Below are positions 16,759-24,793 of a stretch of 24,793 nucleotides of DNA, in pieces. A model generated the notes under the pieces. That model did no database searches. It had not been told where the DNA came from and saw nothing but the letters and a program-made list of their open reading frames with translations. Source of the stretch: a virus (lineage: Duplodnaviria; Caudoviricetes); the IMG/VR virus record IMGVR_UViG_3300005805_000463, positions 1 to 24,793 of that record; one strand, 5' to 3'. Made by a program: the position numbers and the translations under genes. The stretch's first letter is position 1; each line of letters begins with the position of its first letter.

Positions 16759-19700
16759 ATGCCATTAGAAAAATCATTAAATTTAAGTCCGTATTTTGAC
16801 GATTTTGATGCAGACAAAGAATTCTACAAAGTTCTTTTCAAGCCGGGAGTCGCGGTACAGGCACGTGAGTTGAATCAATTACAAACCTTACTGCAGAATC
16901 AAATTGAGCGGTTTGGAAATCATGTATTCAAATCAGGCACAATCATCAGCGGTGTAAACTTTAATTACATTCCTAACTATAATTATGTAAAGATTTTAGA
17001 CACACAAACTGATGGTCAACCAGCGCTACCATCTGGTTATGTTGGTTATTTTGTAAAAAATAGTTTGAATCTAACAGCTCGTGTTGTTGACTATAAAGAC
17101 GGATTAGAAACAAGTGATCCCGATCTAAAAACATTGTATCTAAGATATACAAACAGTTCGGATCCCGATCCTGCCAACAGCAGTGCAATATACACGGAGT
17201 TTGCTTCCGGTCAGCAATTGACAGTGTTTGGTGAAACATATCCACTATTTAAAATAAACGTCAACAACGGTGGCGTTGGATTCTCTAATTCAGATAGTGT
17301 TGTTATCCTTAGTTCGGTTACACTAGCAAATGTAAGTGGTACATTCTCCAACGGCGAGACAATTACACAGTCGACGACAAATGCAAAAGCGGTTATCAAG
17401 GCAATCAATACAACTGCCATTGCGTGTACTACTATTCTGCAAATTGCGCCACGAGCTGTAGATTTAACAAATACCTCTGTCAATTCAACGGCATGGTCGT
17501 TTCAAACAGGTTACAGTATTGTAGGTGGATCCTCTGGTGCTACAGCTAATGTTGGTTCACAGCTAGGTAGTGGTGCTAGTGCTCTTTTGACAACGGATAC
17601 ACAAGGTATCATTCAAACAATAACAGTGGGTAATGCAGGGGAGGATTTCAGTTTTCTTCCCACTGTAACTGTAAAAACCTCAAATGTAACAGCAACTGTT
17701 AATAACCTTGATTTGCTTGCACAGAACTTCAAAACAAAGATTACCGTTGGAAATAGTTCTGTTAATGCAATTGGATCGGGATATGCATTTGGTGTGACAG
17801 AGGGATTGATTTATCAAAAAGGATACTTCCTCAAGGTAGAGCCTCAAACAATTGTTATTGACAAATATAGCACAACACCGAATAACGTCGCTGTTGGTTT
17901 CAAAACAGAAGAAACCTACGTCGATAGCAATGAGGATGAGTCTTTACTTGACAACGCTTCCAATACAACAAACTTCACTGCTCCAGGTGCGGATCGTCTT
18001 AAATTAACTCCTTCGCTTGTTGTTAAAACAACAACAGAAGCAACTTCCAACATAGAATTTTTTGCATTGGCAGAATGGAAAGCCGGCTTTCCGTATAAGG
18101 AAAATCGTGTAACCGTCTATTCAAATCTTGCTGAAGAGATGGCAAGACGTACACGTGAAGCACAAGGTAATTTTGTTATTGACCCATTCAATGTGGCGAC
18201 TCGTGAAAAAACAACAGCAAATGCAACACATGTTAATACAATTATAGATCCAGGTGTTGCATACATTGAAGGTTATCGTGTTGCAACATCGTACAACAAT
18301 TATCTCGATGTCGCGCGCTCAACAACAAAATCAACAGTTACCAGTCAGTCTATAACAGCTAATTACGGAAACTATATTGAGGTCAAAGAGTTAGCTGGTG
18401 TGTTTGATTTTAAAACAGGCGCTTCTGTTGATCTGTACAATACAGCAACCACATATATCAGCACTTCTACAATCAGTACAGGTGCAATAACACCATCTGG
18501 TTCTAAAATAGGTACCGCAAGAATACGTTCACTTGTTTATGATACAGGTGTACCTGGTACGTCAGAATGTACCTACAGATTATACTTGTTTGATGTTACA
18601 ATGAATCCTGGTGCATCGTTTAGACAAGTGAAAAGTATACATTACAATGGTGCAACGAATGACGGTATTGCAGATGTAGTGCTAACGTATGATGCATCTA
18701 CAAATACCAACGTGGCAAAGATAATAGACACAGGACGAGACACGCTTGTGTTTAATATTGGATCACGTGGTGTTGCCAATGTTTCAAATGTGAGTTTTAC
18801 TTATAGAACTTCAACGAACGAACAATCATTATCAACATCAGGTGAGTTTGCCATTGGTCCGTTGTCATCAGGACTGACGCACCCTTACGGTGATGGCGTA
18901 CTATCTTCTACACAAGAGCGTGACTTCATCATTTTTCCTGTTGCAAATGTCGAAGCTTCTTCTAACCTAACAGCAACGACTGTTGGTTTGACTTCTGGAT
19001 GTTCAGTAATAACAGGTGTGGGTACAGCTTTCACAACAGATCTTACACCAGGCGATTTTATTCGTTTTGCAAACTCGTCAGCAAATGTATACTATCAGAT
19101 TAAATCCGTTACAAATGCAACGTCTGCATCGCTGACAGTTAACTCCGCAGTGAGTATGACTGCAGCTAATGTTACTCTTTTCTTTCCTGCTCTTTATCCA
19201 ATTGCTATCAGTACAAGAACAGGTAGAACAATTACAATTTCCGGCTCAAGTAAAACAGCAACAATTAATGTTGGCACATCTACAAACACAGCGGTGAATG
19301 CAATAGCTGTTTTCAATGTTAAATCTTCGAACACATCACCTGTACCAAAGTCTGTAACAAGAGATGTATTTGTTAAAATTCATACCAGCAACAATGCAGG
19401 TAGTAACACTGGTCCTTGGGCACTGGGTGTACCGAGTACTATAAGATTGAAGAAAGTTTACCTCGGAAACAACTCCAATGTTGGTACTACAACAAATACT
19501 ACTGTTTCTGATGTTACGAAGTATTTTTACATTGATTACGGTGAGGATCAAAATGCTTATCGTAGTTCAAAACTAGTACTTAATAATAATTCTGGGCTTG
19601 CTGTAAACACAAGTCAGTTTATTCTTGCACAGTTCGATGTGCTGACAAATGGTGGAAGTGAAGGATTCTTTGTTGTTGATTCGTATCCAATTAATGATAC

Positions 19701-20775
19701 AGCAAATCTTGCAAGCTCAACAGCTACAATCAACACGCTTGAAATACCTGAGCTTTACACATCACGTGGTGAGTATATTGATTTGCGTAACGCATTTGAT
19801 TTCCGTCCTTTTGGTCAGAATACCGCTACTTTAGCGACGTCTGTAGGTTCCGCAAACATAAATCCCTCTAGTACTTTTACATTAAATACCGATGATAAGC
19901 TGTTCCCTGCACCAGATTCAGCAATCAACTTTGACGTTTCATATTATAACACTCGTAAAGATAGAGTTATAGTACGCAAGGATAATACTTTTGAAGTATT
20001 AGAAGGAACTCCTGCGTTAAGTGATCCTGTCGCTCCCGATGAACCAGGTTCTGCCGTTACCCTTGCTGTTATAGATATTCCTCCTTATCCGTCGCTACCA
20101 CGTATTCTGAATTCTCAGACAACAGCTTTTGCTTCGAGACAAATTGGATCAGCAGATGGTGTTACAGATATTCGTGTAAGAAGTGAAGCAATGACAACGA
20201 GTAACGCTTTTGCGGTTGTAAATAAACAACCAAAACGTTACACAATGGCGGATATAGGCAATCTTGAGAGAAGATTACAAAGTGTTGAGTATGCTGTTAA
20301 GTTGAGCCTGATAGAGACACAGGTTAAGGATGCAGTTATCCCAAGCAGCATCACACCTTCAACAAATAGATTCAAAAATGGATATTTTGTTGATGGTTTT
20401 AATGACACCTCAACATCTGATACAGGACAACGTGAGTTTAGAGCTTCGATTGATGCACGTGCAAGCTTGCTGAAACCAACATTCCGTCAATTTAACGTCG
20501 AGAGTGAATTTAACACCTCGGACAGTACAACTGCAAATGCAATTGTAAATTCTACTCTACTTCTTCCGTTTACAGAAGAAAGATTGTTAAGTCAGGAAAT
20601 TAAAAATATTACAATAGGCGTTGATGCACAAGACGTGAGTTTTATAGGTACAGGAGCAATAACCCCTGCTAGTTTCTCTATAAGATCGCGAGGAGAAACT
20701 ACTCCTCAACAGCCTGAGCCTGCCGCTTTAGACTATGGTAATTATGGTACCGGTGGTGGTGATGGATGGCAATGA
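16759..20775 (+). CDS. Large virion structural protein, VrlC/DUF4815-like (N-terminal part)
   Basis: LNLSPYFDDFD..KEFYKVLFKPGVAVQARELNQLQTLLQNQIERFG, NFTAPGADRLK, RYTMADIGNLERRL..VEY and NRFKNGYFVDGF motifs; follows gp8. Confidence 0.85.
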   Translation: MPLEKSLNLSPYFDDFDADKEFYKVLFKPGVAVQARELNQLQTLLQNQIERFGNHVFKSGTIISGVNFNYIPNYNYVKILDTQTDGQPALPSGYVGYFVKNSLNLTARVVDYKDGLETSDPDLKTLYLRYTNSSDPDPANSSAIYTEFASGQQLTVFGETYPLFKINVNNGGVGFSNSDSVVILSSVTLANVSGTFSNGETITQSTTNAKAVIKAINTTAIACTTILQIAPRAVDLTNTSVNSTAWSFQTGYSIVGGSSGATANVGSQLGSGASALLTTDTQGIIQTITVGNAGEDFSFLPTVTVKTSNVTATVNNLDLLAQNFKTKITVGNSSVNAIGSGYAFGVTEGLIYQKGYFLKVEPQTIVIDKYSTTPNNVAVGFKTEETYVDSNEDESLLDNASNTTNFTAPGADRLKLTPSLVVKTTTEATSNIEFFALAEWKAGFPYKENRVTVYSNLAEEMARRTREAQGNFVIDPFNVATREKTTANATHVNTIIDPGVAYIEGYRVATSYNNYLDVARSTTKSTVTSQSITANYGNYIEVKELAGVFDFKTGASVDLYNTATTYISTSTISTGAITPSGSKIGTARIRSLVYDTGVPGTSECTYRLYLFDVTMNPGASFRQVKSIHYNGATNDGIADVVLTYDASTNTNVAKIIDTGRDTLVFNIGSRGVANVSNVSFTYRTSTNEQSLSTSGEFAIGPLSSGLTHPYGDGVLSSTQERDFIIFPVANVEASSNLTATTVGLTSGCSVITGVGTAFTTDLTPGDFIRFANSSANVYYQIKSVTNATSASLTVNSAVSMTAANVTLFFPALYPIAISTRTGRTITISGSSKTATINVGTSTNTAVNAIAVFNVKSSNTSPVPKSVTRDVFVKIHTSNNAGSNTGPWALGVPSTIRLKKVYLGNNSNVGTTTNTTVSDVTKYFYIDYGEDQNAYRSSKLVLNNNSGLAVNTSQFILAQFDVLTNGGSEGFFVVDSYPINDTANLASSTATINTLEIPELYTSRGEYIDLRNAFDFRPFGQNTATLATSVGSANINPSSTFTLNTDDKLFPAPDSAINFDVSYYNTRKDRVIVRKDNTFEVLEGTPALSDPVAPDEPGSAVTLAVIDIPPYPSLPRILNSQTTAFASRQIGSADGVTDIRVRSEAMTTSNAFAVVNKQPKRYTMADIGNLERRLQSVEYAVKLSLIETQVKDAVIPSSITPSTNRFKNGYFVDGFNDTSTSDTGQREFRASIDARASLLKPTFRQFNVESEFNTSDSTTANAIVNSTLLLPFTEERLLSQEIKNITIGVDAQDVSFIGTGAITPASFSIRSRGETTPQQPEPAALDYGNYGTGGGDGWQ

Positions 20776-20814
20776 GTTGGTACAATTGATTTTAATTAAA
20801 CGACAGGGAATGTA

Positions 20815-21618
20815 ATGCCAATATTTTTTACCGTAAGAGATCAAATTTTTAATATTACTGTTTATGGATTAAAACCATTAACTGTACATACTTGTTATTT
20901 CGAGCGTAACAAAGTTGACGCAAACAAACTAAAACCAAAAAATGGTCAGTTGGGCAATCAGCTCATTACTGATGCAAACGGTTCACTAACGTTTGATTTT
21001 TATTATAGTAGTGGTTTAGGGGATGAAGCAACAGAACTTAATCAAGCTCAAAAACAAGCGGCAAATATTGCTGGCTTGAAAGAGTTGATTGTCACGGATA
21101 CATCGGTAGCATCACTGCCGGCTAATTATGAAGATACTGCAAGCTCGTTGTTCGTGGGTCAAATAAACGTGTCAGTTTACATTCCACCGGAAAGCGAATG
21201 GACTACACCTGTTGTAGAAGGTGGAGGAGGAGGCCGTCCATGGTACAAAACCTTCCTTTGTACATTAATGTACAACGCTGGGTTCCTGAATGATACATTA
21301 TGGGAAGCGGATGGTCGCTATGGTCTCAAAGTTCGTATGACAGATCCAAACGTGTATGATGGTTATCAAATATGGGCAGAACCACTTGCTAAATGGATAG
21401 AAGATGGATTGAGTCAAGAAAAAATATCAGCAAAAATTACTCTAAATATGTTGAAGCCTTTTGTTGTTTCATGGGCTGAGTACATGGCTTATGAGCAAGG
21501 CTTACACGATAAATTTAATATTCTTGGTTTTGCGGTAATGAAGGCGGGCTATCCTGTTTGTAAGTTAATAGGTAGTGTACGTAACACTTTTTTCAAACAA
21601 TCAAGTCAGATGGCTTGA
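20815..21618 (+). CDS. Structural protein: middle VrlC-like fragment plus a Gly-linked C-terminal helical domain
   Basis: N-half GLKPLTVHTCYFE...LITDANGSLTFDFY resembles an internal segment of VrlC-like proteins. C-half GGGGGRPWYKTFLCTLMY...WEADGRYG...YDGYQIWAEPLAKW. AGGGA upstream. Confidence 0.6.
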   Translation: MPIFFTVRDQIFNITVYGLKPLTVHTCYFERNKVDANKLKPKNGQLGNQLITDANGSLTFDFYYSSGLGDEATELNQAQKQAANIAGLKELIVTDTSVASLPANYEDTASSLFVGQINVSVYIPPESEWTTPVVEGGGGGRPWYKTFLCTLMYNAGFLNDTLWEADGRYGLKVRMTDPNVYDGYQIWAEPLAKWIEDGLSQEKISAKITLNMLKPFVVSWAEYMAYEQGLHDKFNILGFAVMKAGYPVCKLIGSVRNTFFKQSSQMA

Positions 21619-21659
21619 ATAGTTGAATACACCGGATAATAGATAAAAAGAGGAACTCA

Positions 21660-23696
21660 ATGAGTTATGATTTAGGACAGACGTTTTATTTCGATAGTCA
21701 GTCGGTGCAAAAAGCTGAAGCGGCTGTAATCACATCCGTAGAGTTGTATTTTCGAAATAAACCAACGCAAAATAAAACGGAATCAGGAATCGCAGCTCCG
21801 GGCGTCACTGTTGCTATCTGCCAAACAAAAGAAGATGGTTCTCCTGATTTGAGTACGTTGAATAATATGTTACATACAGCGCGTGTGGAGTATGCAAACA
21901 TTAATACAAGTTCAACGGGAGCAACATCGACAAAGTTTACTTTCACGCAACCTGTTACTGTAAGTACGGACCGTTCTCATGCTATTCTGATTAAGTTCGA
22001 TGGGCGTGACCGTGGTTTTAGATTGTATGCAAACAAAGCGGGCACAATCGTTTTAAATGGCTCAAGTATCACTCAAGTTTCTTCTGGTGTAATTGATGGT
22101 AATGCATATAGAATAACAAACGGGTTTACCTTAACGCCTTTGATTGATACGGATATTGCGTTAAAAATTAATGTAGCAAAATTTACATCCACCACACAAA
22201 CTTTTTCTATAAGAAATAGAGCTTATGAAGTGTTGAAACTTGCCTCTGTAAGTGGAACATTCATTGGTGGTGAGGAGATATTACAGCAACGCTCATCCCT
22301 TACAGGTACACTTACAATCAATTCATCGTCCACAGCGTTGATTGGTTCTGGTACCACATTTACAACTGATGTTGTTGTTGGTGATAAATTAGTAATAACA
22401 GATGGCACCTCAGGTAATACAGATATACGTGTTGTCAATGCAGTGACTAACAGTACACATGTTGTGTTAGAACAGCCTCCTTCTTTTTCTAATGCGTCAG
22501 GATCATATTATAAAACAGTAACAGGAAAGCTGTTTACGTTTGAAACTCTTTCTGATGAAATGGTGATACAGGATTCAACAGCAAATAGTACATTCTATTT
22601 GACAACATCAACAGTAATACGTGGTGTTGATTCAGGTGCAACAGCAACAATCTCAGAAATACGTAACGCAAATGTAAACGCTGTTGTACCTAACTATGCT
22701 GTAACACAACCTCCAGGAACAACAACAGCGCTTACTTTGAATTTTGCTAACACGGGTGGTAGTGTTTCTTCAACACGTAAAATAGAGGGTGTTCTAGGAA
22801 CACGTTCGTACATTAATCAATACGCAGGTATTGTTGCATCGCGTAGTAATGAAGTAACTGCTGGTACACCATTCCGTTCTTTTAGTGGAGAGTTAATATT
22901 TTCCACTAACAATCCCTACATCTCTCCTTCCGTCTATCAAAGTGATCTTGATTTGTTTGTTGAACGATATGATATCAATAATGATGACACAAACGAGTAC
23001 CTAGGAAGAGGATCAGCGAAGGCTAGATATTTGTCTGTCCAATCGACGTTGGCAAATAACCAACTTGCAGAAGATTTCAAAGTTTATATTACAGCATTCA
23101 AGCCTCAAAATACAGACATAAAGGTGTATGTCCGAGCTCTTAATCCGGAAGATAATGAAGCGTTTGATCTCAAAGACTGGACAGAGTTAACTCTTCAAGA
23201 GTCGACAAACCTAAGATCAAATCCAGCTAACATAAATGACTTTATTGAATTTACGTATAACGTTCCGTTCTATCAGACTGGTACACGAGTACCCGGTCAG
23301 TTTACAACACAATCTTCTAATGCAGTTATTCTGGGAACATCTGGTAGTGTAAACACAGATATAACAGTGGGTGATGTTGTTCGGGTGTATTCATCGTTGT
23401 TTGATAATACTCATTTTGTTGATACAGTGACAGCAGCAAACACAACATCATTCACTGTAGGAAAACTTGTATCAAACTCTAGTCTGGTTGCAAGTGGTCT
23501 CAATGTCGATAAGATTGCAAGAAAAAATAGCGGCTTCCTTGACATTCAAAATGGAAACATGTTCACTTATTACAATAGATCATTATCGAAGTTTCAAGGA
23601 TATGCAACGTTTTCATTAAAAATCGTTCTTCTTTCTTCGGATGGAATAAACGTACCGTACCTAGATGATGTTAGATTACTTGCAGTCTCAGCATGA
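21660..23696 (+). CDS. Structural protein corresponding to the C-terminal part of VrlC/DUF4815-like proteins
   Basis: Starts LGQTFYF..ITSVELYFRNKP, contains ATSTKFTFTQPV, DIALKINVAKF, ARYLS and DIKVYVR, ends FSLKIVLLS...VPYLDDVRLLAVSA. GAGG RBS. Confidence 0.75.
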   Translation: MSYDLGQTFYFDSQSVQKAEAAVITSVELYFRNKPTQNKTESGIAAPGVTVAICQTKEDGSPDLSTLNNMLHTARVEYANINTSSTGATSTKFTFTQPVTVSTDRSHAILIKFDGRDRGFRLYANKAGTIVLNGSSITQVSSGVIDGNAYRITNGFTLTPLIDTDIALKINVAKFTSTTQTFSIRNRAYEVLKLASVSGTFIGGEEILQQRSSLTGTLTINSSSTALIGSGTTFTTDVVVGDKLVITDGTSGNTDIRVVNAVTNSTHVVLEQPPSFSNASGSYYKTVTGKLFTFETLSDEMVIQDSTANSTFYLTTSTVIRGVDSGATATISEIRNANVNAVVPNYAVTQPPGTTTALTLNFANTGGSVSSTRKIEGVLGTRSYINQYAGIVASRSNEVTAGTPFRSFSGELIFSTNNPYISPSVYQSDLDLFVERYDINNDDTNEYLGRGSAKARYLSVQSTLANNQLAEDFKVYITAFKPQNTDIKVYVRALNPEDNEAFDLKDWTELTLQESTNLRSNPANINDFIEFTYNVPFYQTGTRVPGQFTTQSSNAVILGTSGSVNTDITVGDVVRVYSSLFDNTHFVDTVTAANTTSFTVGKLVSNSSLVASGLNVDKIARKNSGFLDIQNGNMFTYYNRSLSKFQGYATFSLKIVLLSSDGINVPYLDDVRLLAVSA

Positions 23697-23935
23697 AGAA
23701 GAATAATTTTCACGTTCCTACGGAAGACAGGAGATTTGTAAGGGATTTACGATCAAACACCATCCTAAATATAGACACCGAAGGGTATGAGGTATTCAAG
23801 CAAGAGCGCTCTAGGTTGCTGCGACAGCAGCAACTTGAAAAACAAGTATTGAGTTTACAACAAGATATGAGTGATATAAAGCAGTTGTTGCAACAATTAA
23901 TAAACGGAAAAACAGATGGCAAGAGCAATATCTAA
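23693..23935 (+). CDS. Small coiled-coil hypothetical protein of T4-like tail regions
   Basis: 80 aa; FVRDLRSNTILNID..Y then heptad LEKQVLSLQQDMSDIKQLLQQL. ATGA overlap with the upstream gene. Confidence 0.75.
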   Translation: MKKNNFHVPTEDRRFVRDLRSNTILNIDTEGYEVFKQERSRLLRQQQLEKQVLSLQQDMSDIKQLLQQLINGKTDGKSNI

Positions 23936-24793
23936 TGTTGTCATAGCAACAGATTCGTTTGCGTCGTGGGTTGGTATAACAAACCAAATTGCCGACACAA
24001 TCACAACACAAGCACTAACTGCTAACAGCTCTGTTAACGGTGCAAACGTTACTGGCAATTCGCAACTTATTGGTATCTTCAATGCAAATACTATTGCAGC
24101 AGGAGATGCTCTTCGCGGCGGTACTGTTAATGTTGCTGCAAATCTAAACATAACTTCCAACGTTGTTGCAACAGGTGCGACCCTAAATGTTGCAAGTAAT
24201 GCAGAGTTTTATGGTGGGTACGTATTTGCAAACGTTGCTCACTTTAATGTTGTTGGGGGATTGGCAAACGTAACTTCAAACGTTTATGTCAATGCTTCAA
24301 ATGTAACAGTTAACGCGGTTGTGACCCGTGTTCAAGGTGGCTTTTTAAGTGTTACGTCACAGATATATGTAAACTCAACTAACGTATTTGTTAACGCTGC
24401 TGCTACAACTATCCAAGGTGGTTCGATAACAGCCACCTCTAACTTATCTGTACAAAACGCGAACACATTTATTAATGCAACTGCGTTTGGTGTTACAGGT
24501 ATCACAACAGTCACGGGTAATACGACATTAAAAGCTAACTCTTCTGTAGATACATTACAGCTGCTCGGCAATAGCACTGTAACGACATTAGGAGTAACTG
24601 TCAACAGTGTTGCGATAACTGGTAACACAACATACGCAAATGATGTTGCTATAACAGGAACTCTCACTGTTACAGGACTGTCCACATTGAATGGAAACGT
24701 GGGAGCTCCGACAGCAAATCTAACAACTGCACTAAACGTTGGTGCAAATGTTAACGTAACCACAACTGCACTGAGGATTGGCAACACAACTGT
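23916..24793 (+). CDS. Partial tail fibre / beta-helical structural protein (runs off the window edge)
   Basis: Not in the ORF track. ATG 23916 gives MARAISNVVIATDSFASWVGITNQIAD... with a TDxFxxWxxxTN fibre-type N-terminal motif, followed by V/N/T/A/G-rich beta repeats (e.g. VAITGTLTVTGLSTLNGNV), apparently open to the edge. Confidence 0.75.
   Translation, partial: MARAISNVVIATDSFASWVGITNQIADTITTQALTANSSVNGANVTGNSQLIGIFNANTIAAGDALRGGTVNVAANLNITSNVVATGATLNVASNAEFYGGYVFANVAHFNVVGGLANVTSNVYVNASNVTVNAVVTRVQGGFLSVTSQIYVNSTNVFVNAAATTIQGGSITATSNLSVQNANTFINATAFGVTGITTVTGNTTLKANSSVDTLQLLGNSTVTTLGVTVNSVAITGNTTYANDVAITGTLTVTGLSTLNGNVGAPTANLTTALNVGANVNVTTTALRIGNTT

Noticed and set aside
20773-20814. Stop-codon readthrough joining the 1338-aa and 267-aa ORFs (same frame)
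   Set aside because: Two different in-frame stops (TGA then TAA) lie in the gap, and the downstream ORF has its own RBS-like AGGGA.
599-23935. No called gene ends in TAG, raising possible amber recoding
   Set aside because: All genes are intact under the standard code with no internal TAG breaks, and low TAG usage is common in phages.
11487-24787. Minus-strand ORFs within the plus operon (e.g. 11487..12101, 14241..14492, 23897..24160, 24332..24787)
   Set aside because: They are mirror frames that stay open because of the Thr/Val/Ala/Gly codon bias of the real structural genes.

Overview
This window is the tail/baseplate morphogenesis region of a T4-superfamily myovirus. Gene order and content resemble aquatic or proteobacterial T4-like phages more than T4 itself; the host cannot be read from the sequence. 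A minus-strand operon runs gp4 head completion, gp2 DNA end protector, gp54-like tube initiator, gp26 hub subunit, a small gp51-like ORF missed by the ORF track, then two paralogous coiled-coil tape-measure-like proteins. It diverges across only 13 bp from a plus-strand operon: gp48, gp53, gp27-like hub, gp5 spike, gp25, gp6, gp7, gp8, a VrlC/DUF4815-like structural protein apparently split into three genes, a small coiled-coil protein and a truncated fibre gene. The strongest signal is a candidate programmed -1 frameshift (T_TTT_TTC plus a predicted H-type pseudoknot) that would fuse gp26 to gp51 just upstream of the tape-measure-like genes, as in lambda G/GT tail chaperones. Also notable are a 237-aa aromatic tetrad-repeat insertion inside a domain loop of gp7, a lysozyme-less gp5 with an HxH tip and no adjacent PAAR gene, and a Gly-linked Cys-initiated C-terminal domain on the middle VrlC fragment. 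All family assignments come from motif recognition and synteny; no searches were run.
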